A stretch of DNA of 61,467 nucleotides, counting the filler, from Basidiobolus ranarum (lineage: Eukaryota), in the NCBI GenBank assembly GCA_040143965.1. It is 14 parts of 14 records of this genome, joined end to end, with 100 filler letters (N's around TTAATTAATTAA, not from the genome) between each part and the next. Parts side by side here need not be neighbours in the genome. Positions count along the whole stretch, not along the records: positions 1 to 4,311 come from JASJQH010002018.1; positions 4,412 to 8,721 come from JASJQH010002019.1; positions 8,822 to 13,128 come from JASJQH010002020.1; 11 more parts are not named here. One strand, 5' to 3'. The translations under genes and the position numbers were made by a program. Below, piece after piece: positions 1-11,995 of the stretch (its first letter is position 1; every line of letters starts with the position of its first letter). Below the pieces are notes generated by a model. That model saw nothing but the letters and a program-made list of their open reading frames with translations. It was not told the origin of the DNA and made no database searches.

Positions 1-3000
1 GTTCAGAATTTAAATTGAATTTTCAATTGTATTTCATCCAAACTCTTGTTTCTCTTAACTTGCTTACATAAAGCATGTTGAGTGTTAAAAAATGAAACTA
101 AAAAACTTGATGAATGTTAGTTTGATGTACATTGCATTGGAATTAGTTAGTGATGAAATTAACAGGTTTCCATGATAGGTAGTTATGGAAGTTGAGGCTG
201 TCCTTATATCAAAGCAGTATGGAGAATTGGCTTATATAACTTGCCAAAGTAGCTTAGCAAGTATAAAGTTACTTCAGCCATACAAATTATCAAAAATAAA
301 TTGAATTGTCTGATTTTGCTTCTTTTTTAGTGTTTCAGATTGATTTTGGGTTTTATTCAATCAGATGAATATAGTTTTAATTGGTGTTAAGTTACAAAAT
401 GGTGGTTTCCTGATTTGTATATGCTGGAAATTACTTGAATCAAGGTACTACAATTTTGGGCATTTGTTAGTGGCTACCAATGGTGCTGTTACACACTTAT
501 TTCCCTTTTGACTGCTTACTTGATTTAAATGCTTTATTCTCAGCCTTTTATTTACATTTTCCTTTGTAATCATGATCAAATAGCTGAAATTTCTTAACAA
601 ACCTAAATTACATATATCATTTGAGCAACACCATTATACTAGACTACAGGCCATTAGATTTCCTCTCCTAGAATCAAGTTTGATAAATATTGAAAAATAT
701 TGAATCTACCACTTTATTGCCAGAAAGCCGTTAAATATCATGTTAAAGTTTTGTACCTTGGATTCTTAGTCTGAGGCAATAATTAAGCACCTAGATTTCT
801 ACAGTAAGGCCCTGATTGATTCTTTAACTCTGTTGGCTTAGGCTTGGTCTCATATTTTATAACTACTATTGAATAATCCAATTTTATATAAATTGAAAGC
901 ATTCTTTGCTAATGTAAACATTATAGCAAGACTCTGAGCCATATGGTGACCATCAAGTTGTATCAAAGTATTGTGGTTACTTCATCTAGCCCTATGTGCC
1001 TTAGTTATAATCACTAAGTAGGTTATCTGATTTTAGAGTATTGCTCCCAGGCACCAATCAAATAGTGCCACAATGTAAATTAGCCTTCAGCCACACTCTG
1101 ATTTATTCTGCTTTAAAATATTAGGCTTGCTAACAATATAAATATTGAAACATAGTTCAATGCTGATTATGTTATGCGAAGTAAGTTGGTGTTTTTGAGT
1201 AAAGCTTAGCTCAATACCAATAGTCTGGCATGCCCACTTTTTCTATGCATATGTCAATATTTCTGGAATATCTGCAGGGCTTGTTGAGTGAGCTGCTTTT
1301 CTGCAAAGAGTTTTACACTTCAAATATAATGGATACATAGAGAGAAGTGGCTACAAGGACCAAAGAGTTTTTCTTTCATCTGCTAACACAATCCTTTTCA
1401 AAGATGGTAATATTCAATTTTTGTTACACACTACATTTTGACAACTCTTAATGATGTGGAGGAAGATAAATCTCCAATTCAATGTGTTAAGAGTATTACT
1501 TGCTATAGTTTTAATAATGAATTGGTTGAATCAGATCTGGGAGTGATATTATATGTTTTATAAGAATCTATTTGTGAAAACATCAAGATTCCATGAGTAG
1601 TGATATTCTTGAAGTAAAGTGATTCTAACTAACAGTTTTGTGCTACCTGACCCTGTGTGTATAGGATAGATCAGGTGCTCCAAACAGCTTTTCTCTTGTA
1701 GTAATAATGTATGAATTCAGTTGGAACTTTTAGAGATATGAGCTATTAATGAATGTAGGTTATTACATGAGCAACACAATTATTTTCACTTGTTATACTT
1801 CTGAAGTAAATATGTTGTATCTATATAAGATGTGAGAAAGAATGGTAACTGTTGCAATCCAGCTTCATCAAATAATTCCAGTATCTCCGCAGATTGTGTA
1901 CATATTGAGAGTTTGATCTTGTAACCTTTCTGTCATAATCTAATGCCCAATATGAGTGGACTTGTATCTTTTGGACATATTCAATATGGTTCTATCATCA
2001 GCTATTTGAACTTTACCAGTAAACAGTAACAGTGCTTCTTAATGCTACTAATTAAGAAGTTCCCAATGTTTATGCTTTAACATAGGCTTGAATGCTTTAG
2101 ATACTATGAACACTATTGTCAGGCAAAAAATGAAGGGAAATCAGTAACATATCAATTTGAAATCACTGGTTTGGTCAAGTTGAATAATACTATCTGCTTT
2201 TTTATCTACACTATCATGGATTGTACAATTTAACCATACAAGCTATTGTATTTTAACTTTGGATGTATCACCTTGCAAACTCTTAATGAATAAATGGACT
2301 GGTGCCATGTTATCATATATAGCTAACTCTCTTTGATGGTAGAAAGGATGAGTAGGATAGCTAGTTCAGGTCAAGTAATAAGTGATCATTAGAAGTTGGT
2401 AGCGACACCAGGCATGTCATAGTCCATGTTTGTTGGCTAAATAATTAATATTCCAAATCTCATTCAACTTTAGTCAAGATAAAGCTATTAGAAACAGAAA
2501 GTGATGTATCAATGGCCCCTGTATCCTAGTTGGGAAGAAGCCTATATTAATCACCTTTATGTTGTATCACTCATATATACTTGTTTTGTTTTTGTATAGA
2601 ATTATTTCCCTAACTCATATTTGTAGATTGCTATTGCAAGAAACCTGTCACAATTTTAATCCATTTTGGATTGACAACATACTTACCACCATAAAATCAT
2701 CAAGTTGGATTTGATTTTAACCAATTTTTTTAGTTTCAGGAGTGATGTAACACATGATTGGCTATAATCTTAGAAAACTATGGATCAACACATATGCAAG
2801 AAATGTAACTCTTATTTTACACATTTACCACTTGAATGCTAATTGGTCATCTTTGAAATCTCTAATTTCTTTGATATCTTTGCCTGAATACTTTAATAGA
2901 GTTCTCCATATCCAAGGTTCAGCTCTTATTCAACACAAGTTTGTATCAATATCTCCATCATTGCATTAACATTGCTGTATCAACATTCTTCCAGCTATCT

Positions 3001-4311
3001 GGTAGATACCCTGCAATATTGTACCAGTCTCTTTTAAGTTCTTTCCGGATATCTGCATGGTCAACACCAGACTGAATGTCAAGTTGAATATTCTTCTTCT
3101 GAAGCCACTTGCTGTATGCTTGCACTGCATTTTTCCCTTCATGCTTTTGAAAATACTCTTTAAGCACTTTGACTATTGTGATACATCCTTGTAGTGTGAC
3201 ACTTTTTAATCTGTTTTTGCAGTGTTTGAGTGGCTTTTTGCTTGCCTTTAAATTTAGGGCTGACTTTGACACTTTCAAATGATCCAGTGGAGGTTGGAGA
3301 GCTGTTGGTTTTATTTACTGGTGTTTTAGATTGTTGAGAGGTGCTAGGTGCTGAATAAACATCCAACATTTGCACTCTTCCAACAGGTGCACTTTGCTGC
3401 ACAGTAAAGTCAATCTTTTTTCCAGTGTATGTGCTGGTTTATCTAACACAGAAATATGGATATTTGTGATAAAGCAAAGAATTTGGTAGGTGGGACATTA
3501 GAGCCAACAATCACTAGCTGCATTGTTTTTCCTTTGGGCATACTTACTTCCTGCTGCTTTAGTACAGATTTAGTTGCTTTTCTTTCTTTTCCATGTTGAT
3601 GATTGCATACAGTTTGAAATGTTTCATGAGTAGACCAGTGTTAGCCCAGTTGACATTTGCTTACAAAAACTCAGGATAAGCCACATGAATTAAGTCAAGA
3701 ACATTTCAAATAATTTTTGATATTTGGTTTTTCCATGATGCTCAAAAAACAAAGTTCTTTTTGGCAAATTTCACACCATTTCCTGACTGTTAAATCATTC
3801 ATCATGAAAGCAGGTCAGAGCAGCTCTGACATTCAGAGTCTTTTGGTTTGCTGGCTTTCCTAGGAGATTTCTACTTTCTTGGGCCCAAGCAATTATGGGC
3901 TGTTGTATAGGCTTAATGGTCCAACAAATACTCTGGGCTGCTCAATTGTCATGGTAACATCAATAAGCATGGTGTGGTGTGGGATTGCTTGATATCCCAA
4001 ATAAGAATGGACAGAGGGAGCCGCATGTAGTTTTAGCTCAAGTACAACATTGCAATGATCTTGCATCAATGTTGAATGACTCTCTCACTGTTGTATAGTT
4101 GCTTCAGAATATGGCATTGATTGCAATATTGCCACATTATTGCCTGTCATAGCCTCTATAACAGCTTCATAGCTTTTACTTAGGATCACATACATATCAC
4201 TATGGTGTTGAGCCTGAGATCCCTTGTTGTAATGATTCTATCCAAATTGTCTACAGAGGGTTGTTAAACAGTTGGCAAAGCAGGCATTTTGGAAGTTATT
4301 GGTCTTGATGG
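1..4311 (-). mobile_element. Degenerate, unclassified repeat element with long stop-interrupted minus-strand reading frames
   Basis: Only a handful of CpG in 4.3 kb. 2950-3170 and 3490-3720 match 48780-49295, and 3490-4311 matches 26930-27740 on other contigs. No recognisable catalytic motif. Confidence 0.55.
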
Positions 4312-4411
4312 NNNNNNNNNNNNNNNNNNNNNNNNNNNNNNNNNNNNNNNNNNNNTTAATTAATTAANNNNNNNNNNNNNNNNNNNNNNNNNNNNNNNNN
4401 NNNNNNNNNNN
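4312..4411. other. Artificial contig linker (first of 13)
   Basis: 44 N + TTAATTAATTAA (stops in all six frames) + 44 N. Identical linkers start at 8722, 13129, 17534, 21937, 26339, 30736, 35132, 39527, 43921, 48310, 52697 and 57083. Contig lengths fall monotonically from 4311 to 4285 bp. Confidence 0.98.
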
Positions 4412-4979
4412 CTCCGCTGCTTTTTTGATCAAGACCGTAGGCAATGGCAGCGGCGGTAGGTTCATAAATGATAATGAGAACATACATGAAAGCGAAAGCA
4501 CCGGCATCATTAGTGGCTTGACGTTGAGAGTCATTAAAGTATGCTGGAACAGTGACAACAGTGTTCTTGACTTCAGCACCGAGGTAAGCTTCGGCAGTCT
4601 CCTTCATCTTTAACAAAATCATGGAAGAGATTTCTTCAGGAGTGAAAGTTTTAGTTTCTCCCTTGTACTCGACTTGGATTAAAGGTTTGGTATCTTTATC
4701 GACAACCTTGAAGGGCCAGTGTTTCATATCGGACTGGACTTCAGAATCGTTGAAACGGCGGCCGATGAGACGTTTGGCATCGAAGACACTGTTGGTGGGG
4801 TTCATAGCGACTTGATTTTTGGCAGCGTCACCGATGAGACGCTCCGAGTCATTGAAGGCAACGTAGGATGGGGTGGTTCTATTGCCTTGGTCGTTGGCGA
4901 TGATCTCAACACGATCGTTTTGCCATACTCCGACACAAGAGTAAGTGGTACCCAAATCAATTCCAACTGCTTTAGACAT
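4412..4979 (-). CDS. HSP70: Cytosolic Hsp70 (SSA-type), N-terminal part, truncated by contig end
   Basis: [62 protein letters not shown]. No signal or targeting peptide. Confidence 0.97.
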
Positions 4980-5091
4980 TTATTACAGACTGTACGGTAT
5001 ATGTGATATAGTATATAGGATATATATAGGCGTACTCAAGCGTATTCTAGGAAATGAATTAATTAAATTCCTGAGATCATAAATTCCCTCA

Positions 5092-5168
5092 TTTTATAGC
5101 TTATTTGATCGATAGGGTGGTGATTGCCACCATGATCCCGAAAGTTCTCCAAAATTCTAGCATATTCT
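5092..5168 (-). promoter_or_regulatory. Hsp70 promoter: TATA box and heat-shock element
   Basis: TATAAAA on the minus strand at 5092-5098. GAA at 5140, then TTC at 5145, 5155 and 5165, giving in-phase pentamers of a gap/step-type HSE. Confidence 0.7.
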
Positions 5169-5475
5169 TGCTAAATTCAGTGTTACTATTTCTACATTTC
5201 CTTTTATAGCCAGTACGTTCTTAATAGTTTACTGATTTGGTCATCCCGTAAATTACGTCGTTTATAGTGAGTTTATGTGATTGGAAATCAGGCAAGGATA
5301 GTTTTTAATTCTCTTTCATATTTATATAATAAATCTTTTTCATATTTTATTAAGGTTCTTTGACATATAGGTATCTGTGCATAGTATGTGCTGTAGCCAT
5401 TTAACTAATCCTTTCTGAATGCTTGCTTAAACTCGAGATTTACTGTATGTTGTCAGTTGGAGTTAACCCAGTGCT

Positions 5476-5535
5476 GCTAACTGTACCTATGCTAACTGTA
5501 CCTATACTAACTGTACCTATGCTAACTATACCTAT
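5476..5535. repeat. 15-bp tandem repeat x4 (GCTAACTGTACCTAT)
   Basis: Four contiguous units; units 3 and 4 carry one mismatch each. Confidence 0.95.
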
Positions 5536-6047
5536 TGTTACAAAGGTTAGAAGCTTATCGACATTTTAGGTAGCGTACTAAGTATATATTGTGTTGTTGA
5601 TTCCCTAACACCCACTTGCAGTCAATTCCTTGCTTACCAATCAATCACCGATATTGCTCTATTACACTATTGCGCTATTGCATTAGAAACCAATCATGGA
5701 GTTGGGAGTTATTTCTCACTATTTAGAAGAGGGTACATTATGCTTCTCTTTCGCATACAAAACGAGTCCATCACAAGTAGTAGTTGCTTACCTAAACAAC
5801 GATTCAAAGTAAGAACATGAAATACAGCAGTGATTAATAAAACAGTTACAGTTATCTGGAGCCTATCAGCACTTGTAATGTTTATTTATCCAAGAATCTG
5901 GTGACGGATTAACATGTCTAAAATTAGAAAACTGATAATAGCCTTAATTAGGGTGATTTTTCCATGCTTGGAAAGGTATAAAACGTATTGGATCAAACAA
6001 ATTCTGTCAATTGAATTTATCAACTTTTATACATCCTTTAATACATT

Positions 6048-6755
6048 ATGACAGTTCAAAGATATGTTACGAGTAGGTCCCAGGTTCAAATCCTGGCCAG
6101 ACCAATATTTCTCCCTAAATAATTTCAATAAGTTGAAGCTGTTCCTCAATCTGAGGGGGACGGGGCACGAGTAAGAAGAAGCATTGGAACTAGTGCACTC
6201 AAAAATTTCGATCCTTTCCTAATGCTGGACGAATTTATGGTCGAGCCTCCTGCTGGGTTTCCAGATCACCCACATCGTGGGTTCGAGACGGTTACGTATA
6301 TGCTTGACGGAATAGTGGCTCATGAAGATTTTGCTGGTCATCAAGATAAAATTGGACCTGGGGATCTTCAATGGATGACTGCTGGTTGTGGTATTGTGCA
6401 TGCGGAGATGCCGTAAACTAAGTGTCACGGTCTTCAATTATGGGTTAACCTGAGCGCTGTTGATAAAATGTGTGAGCCACGTTACCAGGAGCTCCTGGAC
6501 AAGGAAATCCCAAGAATATCCCCACCAGGGGTCAATGCAGTGATTAAAGTGATTGCTGGTCATTCCTTTGGAGTCAGTAGTCCTGTAGTCACCAAGACAC
6601 CTACCATGTATCTAGACTTTAAAGTTGAGAAAAATTCTAAACTTGAACAAGTCATCCCAGAGAGTCATCTAGGCTTCTTGTATATACTGGAAGGGGAGGG
6701 CTACTTTGGTTCAAAGAATACATGAGGGAGAGCACACTACACATTGACGCTCAGA
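6048..6755 (+). pseudogene. Pirin pseudogene, truncated at the 3' end by a copia remnant
   Basis: QSEGDGARVRRSIG, DPFLMLDEF, GFPDHPHRGFETVTY, HEDF, LQWMTAG, HAEMP, HGLQLWVNL, TPTMYLDF. In-frame stops at 6414-6416 and 6723-6725. TATAAAA at 5977. Confidence 0.9.
6069..6104 (+). other. tRNA 3'-half fragment (Val/Ile-like), no 5' half
   Basis: Variable loop AGGTC, T-stem CCAGG/CCTGG around loop TTCAAAT, 7-nt acceptor 3' strand CCAGACC, discriminator A. The matching 5' strand GGTCTGG is absent upstream. Confidence 0.7.
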
Positions 6756-6769
6756 AATATGATTATAAC

Positions 6770-8215
6770 AGATGATCACTTGTTCATATCTGCTCTATCT
6801 ATGACTACCAACAAGGATTCTCAAACATGGTATATTGATTCTAGAGCTTCCTAACATTTCACAAATGAAAAACATTGGTTTGTGGAATATGAAGAAATCC
6901 CAATTAGAAAGGTTTTCATGGGAGATGACTGCACATTGGATGCTATTGGAATAGGAACAATTAAAGTCAATTTAATTGGAGCTTCTGAAGAGAAAGTATA
7001 TACTTTTAAGGATGTATTACATGTTCCAGATATTGCCAAGAATTTAATATCTGTATGCAAGGCCACCTCAGAATGGCTAAAATTCAATTTTGATAAGTTA
7101 GGATGCACCATCACTGATCAAAATGGAAATTATTTAGCTTTGGGAGAAAAGGATCAAAACTTATGCAAACTTACATATAATACAAGAGGTTTGTGTGTAA
7201 ATATAAGTTATTCCAATCAAGAAACTATTCCAATATGGCGTAAGAGATTTGGCTATATTGGATTTGATTATTTGAGCAAAATAATCAAAATTGCCTAATT
7301 TCTGGAATTAAAGTTAACCACCCAACTAAAATGGAAACTTGTGAGGGTTATATATATGGAAAACAAGCCATGAAACCATTCTAGAGGTTTGGTTTAATCA
7401 AATCTGTCAAAAAATTGGATCTAATTCATTCAGACTTGTGTGGACCTATGCAAAATTTATCTTAAGGTGGAAAAAGATATTTATTCACTTTTATTGAAGA
7501 TTATACAAGACACACTTGGTCTACTTTATGGAAAGAAAAGAAGAAGCTCTCTCTATCTTCAGAGTTTTTAAAACACTTGTGGAGACTGCAACTGGAACTT
7601 AAACCAAGTAAATACTTACTGATAATGGTGGAGAATATAATTCAACACTGCTTGAGCACTTTTGAAAAGTAATGGAATTAAGCAAGAAACTACTGCCCCC
7701 TATTCACCTCAACAAATGGAGTTGATCAAAGAGCTAACAGGACTATAATAAAAATGGCAAGATCTATAATAAATGCCCAAAATTTATCTCATTACTCTTG
7801 GCCGGAATCTGTTGCTACAGCTATATATGTGAAGAATAGGAGTTTTACTAGCAGTCTGTCTAACTCTACATCATATAAAGCTTGGTTTGGAGTTAAACCT
7901 GATGTAAAACATTTGAGGATCTTTGGATGCATTGCATATGTCAAAATTATGACCAAAAATTGGTCCATATTTGATCCAAAAAGTAAAAAATGCATATTTC
8001 TGGGTTATTGTACTCAAACCAAGACCTACAGACTCTATGATACCAAAGTTTACAAGATAATCAAGTCCAGGGATCTTTTGTTTTATAAAAATGAAAAAAT
8101 ATATACCCAAAATGATCTCAGATGATGACAAAAACCAATTTTCTCCTGATCCAATCATTCAAATTGAATCAAACCAAAACAATGAGGAAAACAGCATTCC
8201 TGTGGACCCTTCAAC
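6770..8215 (+). mobile_element. Ty1/copia pol remnant (protease, gag-pre-integrase, integrase)
   Basis: WYIDSRAS*HFT, VLHVPDIAKNLISV, LIHSDLCGPM, DNGGEY, HLRIFGCIAY, KCIFLGY. Multiple stops and frameshifts. Confidence 0.92.
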
Positions 8216-8221
8216 TAAGAA

Positions 8222-8721
8222 TTTGCTGGTATCTTGACTTTTGGCAGTGTTACCAAAGCTTTGAGGCAAACTACAGTCAGTGGACTCAATGGGCAAAACT
8301 AAAGTTGATTCAGTGCACTTATTACTGTTGTTATATGCCAGGCTTTGTGCAGCTGGTTGCTTTGTACAGTGACCATGCTTGTGATTATTTTTTCTATGAA
8401 GCCTCTGGCTTTCATAGCACAAGAATTTGTGACAATAATAGCAGGGCTTCTTTAAATGTTTCAGTTGTGGCATGAGAAGGATTTTGCAGAAAAAGAACAC
8501 CTCCTATGTAAGTGTGGTATTTTAGGTATAGCCCATCAATATCATCAGCTAATTCTGAGATGATGTCACAGATGTGTCATCAGGGGACTTACAAGATATT
8601 TCCAGTAATGGATGGCATTTTGGTTTATTATAAGCTGTTTCTAAGCAATTTTGTTACACCAAGTTTACGATCTGGAAATTTCAATGCCATTCAAAAAGCA
8701 TTCAAAATCTAAATCAAAATT
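8222..8721 (-). mobile_element. 5' region of a CACTA-like element
   Basis: 8222-8632 is a reverse-complement homologue of 49296-49700, which leads into CACTA transposase motifs. Confidence 0.65.
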
Positions 8722-8821
8722 NNNNNNNNNNNNNNNNNNNNNNNNNNNNNNNNNNNNNNNNNNNNTTAATTAATTAANNNNNNNNNNNNNNNNNNNNNNN
8801 NNNNNNNNNNNNNNNNNNNNN

Positions 8822-9281
8822 GTGAACTTTATTTATTGTAATACTGAAAACATGCTTGCAGATATACTAACAAAACCACTCAAAACTTCAAGCTTTGAGA
8901 AGTTAAGAGCAGGAATAGGCATTAGTGAATATCAGTACAATGCTGAATAAAAATTAAGGGAAGGTGTTGGATAATTAATCTTTATTCAACATCATAGTTA
9001 ACTTTAGTTATGATACATATATCAGAAACAGAAAGCAACATATCTATAGCCCCTATATTCCAAATAGGGATATCTCTATATCAATATAACAAGTATGTTT
9101 TATTACCCCCACTTATCTATTATATCTTATTATACAAACTCCTGAATATCTCAAACAATTGGTTTACTTTTCTACTATATAAGTCACCATATACTGTTGA
9201 GAATAAACTAACTAAAACACACTATCATAAGTTGTTTCTAATACTCAAAGTCTACCCCCATTATGTCAAGATCCTCCAACA
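8822..9281 (+). mobile_element. Ty1/copia 3' end: RNase H C-terminus, PPT and 3' LTR (family A, 8965-9281)
   Basis: YCNTENMLADILTKPL...FEKLRAGIGI, stop at 8948-8950. PPT AAGGGAAGG. LTR bounded by TGTTGG...CCAACA. Further partial copies end near 9492, 9697 and 44922. Confidence 0.9.
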
Positions 9282-9729
9282 AGAATATATCTATATCTAT
9301 AGAACTGTTTGTCTTATTAACCTCACTAGTCTATTATATTATATATATAATCTCCTGAATATCTTAAACAATTAACTTACCTCTTCACTATATCTGTCAC
9401 CATATTCTCTTAGGAATAAAGTAACTGAAACACTATGATAAGTGGCCTCTAATTTACAATGTCTACCTCCATTATGTCAAGATCCTCTAATAAAAAAAAC
9501 CTTATGGATGCTGAATACAAGTATATCAACAATATGCTTGCTAAAGGCTAAAATGATATTGCCAGAAAGAGGTGGAATCCAGACAAGGTATTGTGTAAAT
9601 GGGATTATATTGCTGTTAAAAAGTTTCTTTCAAGAAATACAGTGGGAATCCCATCCAAAGACCATAGGGTAATCCATTATGTGAACATCCTCCAACAACT
9701 TTCAACTCTATATATCAATAAGTGAAAAA

Positions 9730-10060
9730 TGTTAAAGTATTTGGGAGCCTGTTGGAAGTGGTTTGGAGAATTAGAGGAATTGGTGGTTTTCACTTATTGA
9801 TTTATTGAGTAGAAAGTTGACAGTTATAGTTTTGTTGAGAAAACAAAAAAACATGTAGAATGTGTTAAGGAAGGTCCCAGGAACATGTGTGCCGAGTTTA
9901 GGGCTTCTAGCACAAGTTTGAAAATTTATATATCTGAGAACTTCTAAGTTGGTGTCAATATTCTAAGTAAATTCCTTGAGAATAATGGATAATATCTTAG
10001 TGAATTAATTCTTCTAGTTCTCCAAACCACTTACAAAAAACTACCAAAATATTTCAACAG
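9730..10060 (-). mobile_element. LTR family B, partial copy plus short inverted fragment
   Basis: TGTTAAAGTATTTGGGAGCCTGTTGGAAGTGG matches the copies at 30340, 38755, 44166 and 57183. Confidence 0.85.
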
Positions 10061-10539
10061 TACCTTCCTTGCCCCAAAGGCAATATCCCAGTGCTCTCTT
10101 TATGCAAGCAGTATTCATATTTCAAATTTCCAGAAATTACTAATGAAATGAATATTACAGGAGCATCTTGCCCAACATGAAAATTAGATTTTCAGGTCAT
10201 CGGACACCTTATATTCGGATTACTCAACTAAACTGAAATAGAACTTTACAGGTAAAATGTTTCGGAATACTTTCCACCAAAGAAAACATCGCCAAATCAT
10301 GATATTGAGATTCAAATCAATATCAAATTAGGTATTTACCATTGTAAATATCGAATTTTGAGGTTACATACAGGGAACACTCAATTAGTCTAACATTGTG
10401 TGACACGCACAGATTGAATCGTGCTAGGTATACATTAGTCAAAAAGAACATGATGTGGGAAGATTTTGCAAAGTGAGACAATAGAAAATGATAAAAAAGT
10501 GGAGCCACTTCAAGGGAATTGTCACTTCCCTTGACCACC

Positions 10540-11334
10540 ATGAGGGTCTTTTTCTTCTCATATTTCGTGTTTGCCGCAATCTACTTGGCGTATTTGTGGA
10601 CTTTCCCAGAATATGTTTCTCAAATTAAGGAAACCGTGCTTCCAGTGGAATTGAGTGCATTATTGAAAGCACTTCCTATTTTATCTTTAGCATGTTTCTG
10701 CCAAACATCTTATGCTTCACCTTGCATCGTTTCACTTCGTAATTTTGTTACTTTCGGTCTAATTTTCTCAGCAGCTGGAGATGTCTTTCTTGAGTTAGAT
10801 AACGACAAATATTTTGTCAATGGATTGGGTTCCTTCCTCATTGCTCATGTTCTGTATATCGGAGCTTTCTTAGTTAAGGAAGTACCTGGTTGTAAGCCAG
10901 TTTCTCGTGGAAAGAAAATTATCACTGGCATGGTTCTATTTTCTTTCTACGTTTCCATTCTCTTTAACATTTTGTTACCAAGTCTTCGGGCGCTTAACAA
11001 GGAGGATTTCATAATACCAGTATCTATCTACGCTTTCGCAATTGTAGTCATGACTTGGTGTGCTTATGTACGCGGAGAAAGTCGTGGCTTTGTTGGTGCC
11101 GGTTTCTTTGTTATATCGGACTTCCTTTTAGCCTGGAACAAGTTCGTTGAGCCTATTGCCTATGGTCATAGATATGTTATGGCAACATACTATATGGCTC
11201 AACTTTTGATCACTTTATCTTCCACCATTTCCCCCGGGGAACATGTACAAAAAAATGCTGAACAAGTCCCAATTAAGCCAAAGCTATCCAAGAAACCTGA
11301 GGATGGAGCACGAAGACGCACAAGAAAAATATAA
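10540..11334 (+). CDS. YhhN/TMEM86 family membrane protein (lysoplasmalogenase-like)
   Basis: LLKALPILSL, GLIFSAAGDVFL, FVNGLGSFLIAHVLY, GAGFFVISDFLLAWNKF, VMATYYMAQLLI. Intronless and polytopic. Confidence 0.92.
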   Translation: MRVFFFSYFVFAAIYLAYLWTFPEYVSQIKETVLPVELSALLKALPILSLACFCQTSYASPCIVSLRNFVTFGLIFSAAGDVFLELDNDKYFVNGLGSFLIAHVLYIGAFLVKEVPGCKPVSRGKKIITGMVLFSFYVSILFNILLPSLRALNKEDFIIPVSIYAFAIVVMTWCAYVRGESRGFVGAGFFVISDFLLAWNKFVEPIAYGHRYVMATYYMAQLLITLSSTISPGEHVQKNAEQVPIKPKLSKKPEDGARRRTRKI

Positions 11335-11995
11335 ATTATACAACCCATTGAACTGAATCTAATAATAAACAATCATTATTATACCCGAGGGTTAGCATGT
11401 TTGTTTCGTGTAATGAATGTCGATTGAGAAGGGCGAAACAATCCTCGTAGTGACTGTTTCAGGGCGTTTAACGAATATTAAGAATAGTAGCATCTTCAAC
11501 CCTAACCCAATCACCTCTACTGCGCCGATGGCACTGTTCGATGTGCTACCGAAAAGCAATCCTCGGAGCAAGCATACAAGTAATACTTGGCCAGCCACAT
11601 CAGGTGTGACTTGTATCAATCTCCAATAAGCTCCGAACGACGAACTGTGAATGAGAGCTAGTTAATAAGAGCCCGTTGATCCGCGGAATATGAATCATTA
11701 TTATTGGATAAATGCTCATAACTTCAATTCTTTTCTAATAGAAAGCACATATCCAAATTAGTACGCCCGTTTTTTTTCATGTTTAATTAACCAATCATGG
11801 AACCTGTCAACATTGGCTTCTTATCGGTTTTAATGGCCACCCATTTCTCAGCCACCTTTTAGTTTACTCTTTTTTTCGTTCGCAGTATCATTCCTTTCCC
11901 ACCTATCTTTGCTAACTTAATGCTGATACGCAAACGCCCCCAGCTTCGGTTTTCCGTTTTATTGCTGAATATTCAAGGGTTGTAACATCCACTAG

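Noticed and set aside
4412-4515. Cluster of radical substitutions in a conserved Hsp70 segment ([20 protein letters not shown] versus ATKDAGAIAGMNVLRIINEP)
   Set aside because: The changes lie within about 100 bp of the contig end and are almost all to the same base (A on the plus strand). This is typical of low-quality base calls rather than a novel Hsp70.
5476-5535. Short direct repeats as a possible CRISPR array
   Set aside because: The units are contiguous with no spacers, and the context is eukaryotic.
9010-9672. Small ORFs within LTRs (also 30188, 39075, 44533, 44807, 48354, 52864) and ORFs antisense to real genes
   Set aside because: They lie in non-coding LTR sequence or shadow genuine CDSs, and carry no protein motifs.
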